A program made the translations under genes and the position numbers. 64,000 bases of DNA. It comes from Bispira polyomma. Lineage: Eukaryota. The first letter of the stretch is position 1. Every line of letters begins with the position of its first letter. The DNA is taken from contig OZ287748.1 of assembly GCA_965649765.1 (NCBI GenBank), positions 10,044,001 through 10,108,000 on the forward strand. The letters are read 5' to 3'. This document shows, piece after piece, positions 36,520-48,399 of the stretch. Under the pieces are notes generated by a model. It was not told the DNA's origin. It searched no databases and was given only the letters and a program-made list of their open reading frames with translations.

Positions 36520-37500
36520 AGACAACAGCACTGACTCAATTGCAGACGCAAGCCAGTCACAGATTACATACAGCCTTCAGGCCAAAGGACCAGAAAGTGT
36601 TGTGTTATGTTATTCAAGACATTCTTGGCTTTCTGTATATGTGTAAATTTGGCTTTGGAGGCCTTAGATGTAAATAATGTGCTTTCATTCTTAGAATATC
36701 TAGTAGAAAACAAAGTTTCAATATACATGGTTGCTAATTATGTTGCGGCCATCAAAGCTATGTGCATTGTGTATGATCTGCCATTCAGCGGTTTGGATCA
36801 CCCAAAAATCAAATACTTTATAAAATCCTTAAAAGTAAATAGAGTTCATAAAATTGTAAAACGCAATGTCATGGATGTTGACACGTTGAAATTACTGGTG
36901 TCGCAGTGTAATCATATAAGTAATTCACATACATTCAAAGCCATTTTTCTCACCGGTTTTTTCGGCTTCTTGAGGTTATCCAATATAGCTCCACATGCAA
37001 TAGCAGAATTTGATCCATCACATCATTTTACAGGAGGCGACGTCTTCTTTGATGGAAGCTCAGTTAGGTTGCTCATTAAGTGGTCTAAAACATTACAAAC
37101 CAGAGATAAGATACGAGTATTAACTTTGCCAAGATTAGGCTCAGCTGTCATCTGCCCTTATGCGGCTTTAAAGAAATTATTCAAACTTTACAATCCTGGG
37201 AAATCAGATCCATTATTTCAGTGTAGCATAAAAAGGGGTTGGCAGATTGTGACTGACGCTAGGGTCAGAAAAACTTTGTCTGGCTTGAACACAAAATTGG
37301 GTTTTCACAAGAACTATTTTACATTTCATGCATTTCGGTGTTCAGGTGCCACATTAGCGTATAATAAGCATGTACCAATTCAACAAATTAAACAACATGG
37401 CACCTGGACGTCCGACTGTGTCTGGAGATACATACAGTTTGATCCTAATGGGGGCACACAGGTGGCCTCTGCCTTCCAACAAATACTACATAATGCTTAA
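36520..37500 (+). CDS. tyrosine recombinase of YR element 2 (open 36607-37500)
   Basis: GFLRLSN, WSKT, ICPY, HAFRCSGAT (second catalytic Arg reads Cys), HGTWTSDCVWRY. Confidence 0.88.
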
Positions 37501-38505
37501 TGTATTCCCTACTGTTGGGTTTGAGGCTCTTTTATAAAGTAACTATCTGTAAACCAAAAGTGGAATAATGTCTTATCTCAAGTTTAGGTCACCTCAAGTT
37601 TAGTTTACCTAATATGGTTAAAAGTTAACCTCTAAGCTAACCGAAACTTAAGGCTAACACTTAAACTTAAAGTTAATCTTAACTAAAACTTAACTTTAAC
37701 TTAATTTGTTTGTACTTAAAGTTAAAAATTTTGTATTTACTTAACTTAATTTGTGATAAAGTGTTAATTGTGATGTTATTGTGTAAACATGTCAAGAGAT
37801 GTAAATATACAGTAGTTAGAGTGCATTTATACAAATATTACATTTTATATATACAATTTTATATAATAAAATTATATACCCTCAGTGAGTCATTATTCGG
37901 ACATGAGTTGTGATGGGGACTGCAGCAATTTTTAAAATATGACAAAGAACCCCAGGGAATGTATTCAAGTAGCTTGAAATCAAAGAAGAGCCGTTTATTT
38001 ATTATATATTTTGTTTTATCAAATTGAATGCACAGTTACCATAATGAGCATTGACACCTCCTCTCGGTATACAGGCCAAACTGCAAAACCAGCACTCCAC
38101 CATATCTAACATTGGATTCTCTGGGATACAAGATGGCTAGGAAGAATATGACTTATTGTAGAAAATAGCATTTTCAGTTTTCTCCTACAGGAATAAACTG
38201 AGGGAGAGCCATCAGTGAAATCATTTCATCATTTGGATTGGATGAAGCATATTTTTGACTTGGGAATTGAAGATGCAATGTACAGGATGTATATCTAACC
38301 AAATATGGTTACCATTTTATACAAAGAAACTAGGGGAACAATACATTAGCATACATACACTTCCTAACAAGTCGCAAGCCTCTGCAAATATGTTTATTGT
38401 TTAAATACTTCAAATAGCAAGGAATTTATTGAAAATGCATTCTTTAAGATATATTTGATTATCCTCAAAAAGAAACAGAATTTCATATCTTTCCCAAGGT
38501 TAATA

Positions 38506-38710
38506 GGGCCTGGTGGTGTAGTGGTAACACTAACATACCGCCTCTGCAGTTCTGTGTTCTGATCTTACCTCTGGTATGCAGTAGACTTACTGAAGGTTGG
38601 TGTTTTGCAGAGCAGAAAACCTGGACCAACTACCCTGTTCTGATTTCCTCTACCAGTGAACTGCCTGTTGCGATGTCAAGTTTAGTGAAAGTGATTTTAA
38701 ATCCCAACTA
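38506..38710 (+). mobile_element. old tRNA-derived SINE; orthologous remnant in copy C at ~60621-60770
   Basis: GGGCCTGGTGGTGTAGTGGTAAC head, TTTCCTCTACC core, AAATCCCAACT tail. Confidence 0.6.
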
Positions 38711-39154
38711 GGTAACTTGCCCAAGGTTGTTATCCTCAATGACAAATTACAAGCAGTAAAACAGGGTACCTCGTGATCATCAGACCATCACCTCATGATC
38801 ACCATACCATCACCTCTAGGCCAACTGAGATCCTTGATCATATAATTGTAAAGTATTGTTTACATGCACACAGACATGGGAGATATCTACCAGTATGTCA
38901 AAATTGTTGCTAGGCTACCTTATTTTAGAAAGTTATTGTTTTAGTTATCAAGGTATAACCTTGTTATTTCTAGTCAGAAATTGATCATTATATAGACAAA
39001 AAAAGTGTGTAATCCGTACTGGTACACATACTTTATGCATGTAACCATAAGAGCCATTATTTTATTGTACCAGTGATCTATACAGATATGCTGTGTAAGT
39101 GTTGCTATGTATGTGAACATAGCTTAAAGCTATCAGACCCAGTGCCAGGCTTAC

Positions 39155-39358
39155 CAGAAAGTATGACATTTTGAGCATTTTCCTTGAACATAGTGTATCC
39201 ATCTCCACCACTGAAGATATAAGAAGATGTGAGTATTCCATACATCTTGTCTACATCTAAGTCTTCATATCTTGGAACCGTACAGTCTGCACAACGAGCC
39301 TGGACTTTCGCCACTCTCTGACCAGATGGCTTCCACAAATTGTACTCTACTTTTAGAC
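39155..39358 (-). pseudogene. NT5E: NT5E copy B penultimate exon
   Basis: GLKVEYNLWKPSGQRV...CADCTVPRYEDL...GGDGYTMFK; CAG/GTAAGC boundaries; 204 bp. Confidence 0.9.
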
Positions 39359-40376
39359 CTGAGTTACAAAACCATGCTGTAAGTATTTTGGTGAAAGTTT
39401 TTCCTACTTGTGAATTAGTTAAGTCTGATACTAAGCTACCAACAATATAAACTGACTCCCAGGTCAAAATTTCAAATTAATATAATTGTAACTTGTACAG
39501 GTTTTTTAAATTTTATCATATGAGAAACTAGTACTAATAATACATGCTTTCAAAGTAAATAATTTTCAATAATATGTCAATTTTAACGTAATGTAAGGTC
39601 CAAAAAATAGCAGTAAACTTGTTTCTTTAATAATAATAATAAATATCTTATATAGCGCTCAACTGGTACATAAAAAAAAAATCTGTATTCTGTGGCGCTT
39701 TACAAAAATGCCTTCTGAAATGAATGAGTTTATAGCTGTTTTCTGAATAGGTTGTAGCTGTTCATTTTTCTGAGATAGTTTTGAAGAGTTAGTTGCACAA
39801 AGCACATAAATTATGCAGCATACCCAATTAAGAGACTTGAAAATTGTGACAAAATATTTAGGGTGTGTTGAGCCTAAGTGTAATTTTGCATTCAGACATT
39901 TTTCGCTTGTTTTTTTTCAGCCTTATGAAGCATAAAAATTGCAAAAAAATTCCAGATCAAAACTTCAATTTGTGCTTTAAACTGTATAGTTAGCTGTTTA
40001 ATCTGTTCATAATAAAATAGTAATGAAATAGTACATTTGTTATAGCGCACTAAGAGAACACAGCGTCCTTTCAAATGCACTTCTACACAGTGATTAAGTA
40101 AACAAATAGGCTTTCTGTGCTCTATTATTGAAACTGGTCATGGCAAACAAAGTCCTAGTTTGTAACAGTAAAACCTGTCTCCAGATAGCCTCATTGGAAG
40201 AACGAATATGGTCTATGTAGATAGGTGGTCTAATAGACTACCAAAGACTGCAGGAGTTTCAATCAGTGATACAAATAAAAGATCATAAAGGTTTATTAAA
40301 ATATGCCTTAAATATAATTTTACAAGATCATAAAGGTTTATTAAAATATGCTTTAAATATAATTTTTACAACCTAC

Positions 40377-40453
40377 CAAGACTTCTGCTCCATTGTCTTG
40401 CTGTACGATGTATGGGTATGGACCAACAGGTTCATCATTGGAAGGTGGTTCAC
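40377..40453 (-). pseudogene. NT5E: NT5E copy B exon 4, 3'-truncated
   Basis: GEPPSNDEPVGPYPYIVQQDNGAEVL is identical in protein to copy A, then a deletion removes the rest of the exon and its donor. Confidence 0.88.
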
Positions 40454-40589
40454 CTGTACCAAGGAAAGGTGCACACAATAAAACTACAAAGTTTTTAACA
40501 ATCCAAGGGGGTAAGATAACATCAATTTCAATGGCTACCAAGGTTTTAAGGGAATATCAATTAACACGTGAACATAGATTGTAATTGCA

Positions 40590-40930
40590 ATTAGACTTTT
40601 ATAGTGCTTAATCTCCCCTTTATGAAGAGAACTCTAAGGCGCAACAGCACCAACATATTGATCCAATATCCAGGGACAGAAAAAAGGTCAAGCACCACGG
40701 AGAACACCAGGGGATGTTTAAGTCTAAGGTATGTATGCCTTGGTGTACAGGTGGGTTTTAATCGGCTTTCTAAAAGAGGCTAGAGTGTGGGACACACAAA
40801 TCACATCAGAAAGAGCATTCCAAACAATGGGAGAATCAAAAGTAAAGCTATAACCAAACTGTTTAACTGACTTTTAAGTAGACAGGTAGAACTTTGGAAT
40901 GACAAAGAAATTACCATCACTCTGACTGTG
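40590..40930 (-). mobile_element. L2-type LINE 3' fragment, specific to copy B
   Basis: 3' end resembles the L2 copies at 61330 and 62580 (AGACTTTTATAGTGC, CTAAGGCGCAAC on the + strand); absent in copy A at ~7940. Confidence 0.55.
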
Positions 40931-42219
40931 CCTGGTAGATATTCTATCAAGTATAACTTTATGCAGATAATACTCAGATTAATATTCATCTCACACCTAA
41001 AGGTACTGTTATCGCCTTTGACAACCTTTAACGGTTCCTAAACAAAGAAAAAAAGAATGGATGCTATCCCATGAACTGAAACTAAACCTAGACAAAATAG
41101 AAGTGATTATTTTTGGATATTCAAGTTTCAACATAATATTTCAAAATTATATAAGGTACTGTTACACCTTTGACCACCTTTGATGGTGCCTAGACAAAGT
41201 ATAGGAATGGATGTTATCCTATGAACTGAAACTTAACCTAGACAAAATGGAACTGATTATCTTTGGATATTCAAGTTTCAATATTATATGGATATACTAA
41301 ATTATTTACCTTCTGCAATCGTGTTCAGTCACATTAAGGCCTAGCTTTGAGTCATCTTAGAACAATTAGCTTCCTTTCTACAATGACTATATCAGCAAAT
41401 GCTCTAGTTAGTAGTAGGCTCGAATATTGTAACTCTTTGTTCTGTGGTTTGTCCTCTGATGACTATAAAAAGGTTCAGAATGTACAAAAGTCCCTAGAAA
41501 GAATTTCATTTAAGATAACAATGAATTCCCACACTATACCAGTTTGAAAATCTTGGTTAACTACATTGTTAACTATTAAGCACTGTGTTGTTTTTAAAAC
41601 TGCTAATGTTAATTACACATATATTTTACTACTTTTTCTACTAAGAGGCGCAGCACTGCTGATAAAAAAAGATTCTTGATGCTTCATTTTATGAATCCAC
41701 GATTCACAGTCCAAGGTCTAATTTAATGTCAGGTTTGCTTATTAATGTTAGGGTTGACTAATTATTATTTTTCTGTTCCCTGGATTTTGTATTTCTATTT
41801 TTTAGGGAAATAACTCTTTGGTTCTTGCGCTTAGAATTAATTTAAGTACGAAGATTGAATGTTTTATAAATTGAATTAGATTCTAGCCTGATCCAAGGGA
41901 CCAACATGATCAGCATCTGAGGGTGGTTCAGCAATACCAAGGTAAATTGTCTAAGGGTCATAAGATTTTATGCCAGTGTAAGGGGTATAATAATATCATA
42001 CACTACCAAGAAATATTTTGTGGTGAAATATCATAGATTTCAGTCCATATAGATATTTACATATTCACATATCATACATGGACCAAGACGTTCATTAGAG
42101 TATGATTCACCTTTTCCAAGGAAAATAGTGTTAGGGTTATAAGGTTTAAAATAAGAAAATGAACCTGAACTTATGTAGATTCATTATTAAAAAGTCAGTG
42201 TAGTTTATGTATAACTCAC

Positions 42220-42414
42220 CTGTGTATAGAAAAGTGTTCGAATGACCACCCACAATAACATCAATGCCTTCTACCTCTCTAGTAATCTTCTGATCTAGTG
42301 GAAATCCTCCATGGCCCACCACAAAGATCTTGTTCACTCCTGCTGACAGAAAGGTATTTACCTCTCTCCTAACAGATTCCACCTCATCTTCAAACACTAA
42401 GTTCTCCAAATAAT
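42220..42414 (-). pseudogene. NT5E: NT5E copy B exon 3
   Basis: YLENLVFEDEVESVRREV...VGHGGF...VGGHSNTFLYTG; TAG/GTGAGT boundaries; 195 bp. Confidence 0.9.
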
Positions 42415-43930
42415 CTAATTATATGATAGAAGAACATACAATTTTTTTTCAAAGTAATTTTAAATTACCTCCACCAGGAGAGGTATGTTTTCACCAGTCA
42501 TTTGAGTTGTGTGTTTGTTGGTTTGTCTGTTACCAAAATTTCTGAGAAATGTTGAACCAATTTTGACCAAATTTAGTAGAATACTCAAACATGGAGGTTT
42601 ACACCTCCACCCTAGGTATGCGACCATAAAGTGAAGAAATTGTGACACCTGGCAAAGGTATATGTGCTCTACTGTGTGTCCTTCTAGATATTAAACACAT
42701 CAATATCAACACTTTTATGAAGAAGCACAACAGTTTAAGAAACCATGTATCAGATTCTACCGATTTGTTTGCCGCTGTAATATTATTTTTATTTATTTTA
42801 TTTTTTTTTTTTTGGGGGGGGGGAGCAGGTAGATTTTTAATCTAAGACGGTCTCATTTCATTTACGCAAAATATATAAATCTATGCTAAAATTTTAAGTT
42901 TAGGATATAAAAACAAAACAAATTTAAATATTGTACTATATTAAACCCCACTTGATACACTTACAATGCATGAAATAATGTTAATTCACAAAATAAAATT
43001 CCCACATAATAAAATATTTAGTAATTGCTAGGTCGAAGGTTCAATCTTATTTTATAAACAAAATTAAAAAGAATGTATATTAAAGCATCTGACTCGTTTT
43101 CAGTACCAACCACATGTAACTGCCAATAATTAAGTTAAAATAATGAAAGGAACTGGTAAATAGTGTTGTCTACACCCCATAAACATGTACCCAAGACATG
43201 ATCTGTCAAGGCTCCGCCCTTCGAGATAAAAACAACAGAACACAAACAGATAGTGGCATGGTTGTCTGTAGATATAAATATTCTAATTTATGCAACCTTG
43301 TTGACATAAAGAAGTTTTTTATGTATTATGCAAATAAAACAGAGCACACATTTACTAAAATGAAAAGCCCATGTTTCATTCTTAGTTTTATACAAGCATA
43401 AAGATAAAGCACTTATAAAACACTAACGGTAGAAACAGTGTGTTTGTACAGAACCCATTTTAGGACATATATATTTTTTGTTACACACATTTATCTTGTT
43501 ATAATGAGTGATGTACATAATATTTCAAAATGAGATTATTAAGTCTTTATAATGAAATGATCCTGTTATAACATAATAATCTCTCATAATGAGTTGTAAT
43601 AATGTTCACATTGTTAAAAAAAAAATTCAATCTTTTTTGAAGCTTTAAAACTTTCAATGACTTGAATCCTGGAAGTTGTGGCCAATGTTTTACTTTAAGG
43701 GAAAGGCTAATTTTGAGAAACAATTACAGTACTTTTTAGGTTAGGTTGCAGGTTGGCAATTGATACAATATTAAAATAGGAATAATATCTAACACTATTT
43801 TGTGAACCGATTGTGATTTATTATCAGTTTTTGTGCAGTACAGCCCTTGGATTGGTATTGATTCAGGTTAGGCAAGGAAAACCTATAATGCCTCAAACAA
43901 ATAATCTTATTGTACTATTTATAGTTTTAC

Positions 43931-44144
43931 CTGGTGCGATTAGTTTCTTGGTCTTCTGGGTGACATATCCAACCACCCCTATCTGCTCTCCACCTACACT
44001 GAGTAGTATAGAAGGCTGATAGAGATCGTTGAGGAAAGGCTCATTACTGGAGTCAAGGTTACAGGTCACTATAGGGAAAGTGAGGTTCTTTAGATATTCT
44101 GAAAGAAACTCCATTCCATCATCAAAATCGTGGTTTCCAAAACA
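43931..44144 (-). pseudogene. NT5E: NT5E copy B exon 2
   Basis: CFGNHDFDDG...GEQIGVVGYVTQ; TAG/GTAAAA boundaries; 214 bp. Confidence 0.9.
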
Positions 44145-45718
44145 CTAGAAAATATATTTAAATTAAGCAGGAACTTGTAAGCACAAAATTTTTCAGTATG
44201 TTGGTGGTGGTGGTATACATGCGTGCTGTAATATAATTATGTGACTTTTCATGTATGCGTTGAGCATCTTTCAAACTTAGTCATCTGTGTTTAGTTGCCT
44301 TTACCAGATGCTGTTTATAATCCCCAATTTTGTGAGGTACATTGCAACAGCTACTCTCACACAAAAATGCTGAGTTTCACAGAGTTCTGCCAAGTTATCA
44401 CGTCTCCCACATTCCCCCGAGTTATAATCCGGAGTTAACAGAATTATATAGAGCTACCCAGATTAATAATTCTTGATTGACAGTAAACTTCGCTCATAAT
44501 TGGATGACCTTTAAGCTGTTCTGGTGAAACTTAAGCACAAGTGAAGGACAAGCTCCAAATAGTCACCGAAATGTTTTCCAAGAGTATACCACGAGTAGCC
44601 CTGAGTAAATCTATGAGTCTCATAGGAGTTATCTGGTACTTTTACAGAGTTGCCAAGAGCTAAAAGGACCTTGTGAGGAGTAGTCGTAGCCATTCTGGAT
44701 TGCTCTTTTTAGCTCTGGTTTAACTCTGAACAAGCTCCTGGCACCCTTGTGGGGTTTTAATGGTATACTCAAGGTGAACTTTTGAAAAGCTCATGACAAC
44801 TCAGGAGGGAAAGGTCTGTGTGACTCACGAATAGCTCTACATGACTCACTGGCTTTTGGTAAGACTTACTTTTGACAGACTCCTGATAAATTCAGCATGA
44901 CTTGGCATAGCTGTTAGCCTGGAAAAACCTGAAGTAGTTGTCCTGAGTTAATAGGAGTTATAAAAAAAATGTTGAAAGACTTAAATTGGGATGCAAAATG
45001 GCTTTAAAACTTGTGGAAACAAGAGACTTGTTTAAGGCTTAGTTCTAACTCAAATCTAACTCATGCACAAACTAGACAGGGACACCTTAGTTGAGACAGC
45101 TCTTGATGAACTCAGCATAGGTTGTGCTTAGGTTGGACTAATTCTAAGGTGCTTGGCAAAAAAATTTATGTTTACTCTGGCTAGCTCTGGTTAGACTCTG
45201 CTTGACTCCTGACAAGCTCCCTTTAAAATTTACTGGGCCTAGCTTGGCTCTTGGCCTCCAAAAATACATGCACAACTTATCAGGAGTTCGCCCCAAAAAT
45301 ACAAATTTAGACACAAGTGAACATGATATAAACCGGCTTATAGGTGGTGCAGAGTTACCTAAGAGTCTCGCTAAGTTAATTGTGCATTAAATTTTTCTAT
45401 TGATGGGATACATCTTCAAAGGCAAGGAAGACCAAAGAACAAAAACTATAACCAGGCCATAAACTGGGGTGTATAAAGGGTCGCTCAACAATATTCAAGG
45501 TGGATAATTAAACATGAAAAGATATGTTTTAAATCACCAAGGAAGCCAAAAAGTGTTCTAACTTCAAGTTAAATACTATATTGTCTGCTTTAGATTCAGT
45601 CATTTGTATGGCCAGAATACTTTTAATCAACATGTTTGAACAGCCTATGCTGTTTCTTAAGTTATTTGTTGTTTATAATTTCAGACAAGATTTGTGATAT
45701 ACTTCTATCAAGAGAATT

Positions 45719-46855
45719 TTTTATTCTTTTTTATTTTAACGTTAATTCCCCCTTTAAAAGAAAAAAATTCAACATTTTTGTTCTCCCAATAGAAAGGCTT
45801 CATTTATACTGTTAAGGACATGTTCACCAATGTCCACGGGGCCGCGGTGGCCTAGTGGTTAGCAAGCATTGTGCTTCACAATCACTGGTCTCTCACCTCT
45901 GGGCGGCGTGAGTTCGAATCCCGTCGATGCCTATGTGGGAAAGGTGGTAGTTCCTTACTGTGGGCCGCTGGTTTCTCTGCAGAACCTTGACCGACTGTAT
46001 GCAGTGTTTCCTCCAGCGTTTCCAACTACCTGTCCCAATATAACCTACTAAAAGGTACTAGAGTGGACGTTAAATATCCAAATTCAAATTCACCAATGTC
46101 TACCCAAAAATATTTGTAGAACTCTGCTGGGTATCCAACCGTACCTGGTGATTTACCATTTGACATATCTTTTAGAACCTCCTTGATTTCATGTTCCGTT
46201 ATTACACCCTCGCATATAGCCTTGTCATTAGTTATAAAACTTTGATATTACCTTTTTGCAGAACATATTTTGGGGAGTTTTGGGACTTATATAGATTTTT
46301 GTAAAATCTCCTTAGCTCATTTAAGATTAACTTTTGATCAGTCAAAAGATTCTGTCCTGTGTTGACTGTTTTTTTAAATTTTTTTCATATGGTTTTGTTT
46401 TTCTAAGTTACAGTAATAATTTGTCGGTTTTTCATCATACTCATACAAATTGCCCTCGCAATTAGGAGAATACCCCTTATAGTGTTTTGTCTCAAATTTT
46501 GTAGTTTGTCCTTATAATTTTGAATTTTTTTGTTTATATCATACATGTTTTGGTCAGACATTACCAGATCCTTAACAAGTCCCTTATTTTTCACTCCAGT
46601 TCAGCCTCTTTTTCTGCATTTTTTTCCCTTTTTTTGGCGAACAGTACGGAATAGTAATTCTCCTAAGTTTTAACTTGATCACCTGAAGTAGCCTTTGCCT
46701 AGATATTGTCAAAGAGGAATCATTGTTTTCACTAATTGATGAATATTCGGAAATAGTGTTTTGAATTTCGTCTTTTTCCGTTTTAAGATACACATTGTCA
46801 TGTAGGAGCGAGGCATTGAACTTCCAAAAACCTCCTCCTATAATTATTTCACAAT
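45719..46855 (-). mobile_element. internal Tx1/L1 ORF2 fragment (EN-RT tether), specific to copy B
   Basis: GGFWKFNASLL and GKSPGTVGYPAEFYK; flanked by the duplication TATCA(A/G)GAGAATT. Confidence 0.8.
45838..46088 (+). mobile_element. young tRNA-derived SINE nested in the Tx1 fragment
   Basis: GGGGCCGCGGTGGCCTAGTGGTTAG...GAGTTCGAATCCC; TSD TTCACCAATGTC(C/T)AC at 45823 and 46089. Confidence 0.92.
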
Positions 46856-48399
46856 TATCAGGAGAATTATAACCTTACAGTACATTTCTTTAAAAACATT
46901 TTAACCTCACATGATCCACTTAAGGGGTTGCTATGAGTGAAAACTTTGGGAATGATTCTCTATTTTGCTAAATACTTGAGACATCATTCAACTAATCTTT
47001 ACTTGGAGACCAACTGTAAGACAAAATTTGATCTCCATTATTTTGGGAATACCTACCCAGTCTGTGACTTTTTGGTATCTCAGCTGTGAATAAGAACCCT
47101 GGTTTCAACTTTGAAAAATGATTCTGGACAAACATTTTGTTTGACTAGAATGGAATTTATTGATTATAATCTTGTTTATGGCATAGAGAAAGGAATTATT
47201 ATAGTTCACAGAGGGGCCATAGTGGCTTAGTGGTTAGAAGCGTTTGTTTTATAATCACTGGCGTGGTACCAATGTGGGTTCAATCTTATTTGTTCCTTCA
47301 TGTGGAAAAGTTTGTCAGGTACTTGCCATAGGCCAGTGGTTTACAATGAAGCACTGTCAAATTTAGCCATCATGATATGACCTAAGCTGTTGAAAGCAAC
47401 ATAAAACCCAACTAAATTCAACATATGTGAATTAAAAACCTACATTGTTTGGTTGCTTTCATCAATCTGGTGTTGTAATCTGAGGTTTACCACTTGTTAG
47501 ATCAAAGGGTCATGTACAAAATTATTAATCATTGTGATTAACAGTTAGTGATAATAGTTTAGAATGTATGCTAAAGTAATAGATGTCAAGCATTATAAAT
47601 CAAGAGCTTTAATTCCCATGATGCCTATTATATACCATCATTAAAAGTCAACGTTATTTTGAAAATATATATTTTTATGTATATTTGTAATGTTATATTT
47701 TCTGTTCAGCTTTTCTTGACTATATTATTAAGTAAGTCTTCTACTTATTAATTTACGAAATGTCATTTGTATGCCAAGTCATGTTCTGTTGTGTATATTT
47801 TAAATAAATTTACAAAAAAAGAAACCTTTGAGATCTCATAACTCTTAATACCATTGGCGCCAAAAAGGGCCTCCAATAGTCAAACTAAAGAGTCTTCAAG
47901 TTTCTGTCGTATAACATAAACAGGGTATCTAACTTCTGCATATTGTTTTGGTAACTGGTTCGAGAGATTTTCACTGTTTACCCAGCACACTTTGCTATCT
48001 ACATTATAAGTGGAAACTATAGATATTTGGGTTGATTTGACCATGGTTAATGGATCACATCTCTCTGTCCAAAAATATTAACCAGTTTAATTTAAATAAA
48101 CCAAAATAGAATAGAAGCGGGATTTTGTACACCACCTATATATAAATCACTAACAAGTAATTACTTCTTTCCCTCTTTATTTTCTATGGATTTGTCTTGC
48201 TTAAGAAATTAAGAAATGTTATATTTAAAAATTAAAACATTTAAAAATTTAGTTTTTCAATATGACCACAGCCTTGAAGAATTTTTAGCAGGACAAAATT
48301 TGACAGATCATTCATTAGTGTGTAAAAGATTTTGCAAATATGGTGTTAACATGTCAAAATTGACTTTACTAAAACACTAAATTCCAAAAATGGATGAAA

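Larger units (their letters stand above)
32700..37870 (+). mobile_element. DIRS-order (Ngaro-like) YR retrotransposon 2, in the last intron of NT5E copy B
   Basis: Gag ~33246-34352, Pol 34346-36467 (RT core deleted), YR 36520-37500; the region is absent from the homologous intron of copy C; boundaries approximate. Confidence 0.9.

Noticed and set aside
47856-47875. GGCCCTTTTTGGCGCC (also ~13968-13985) as a histone stem-loop
   Set aside because: Broken stem, intronic, and not downstream of a stop codon.
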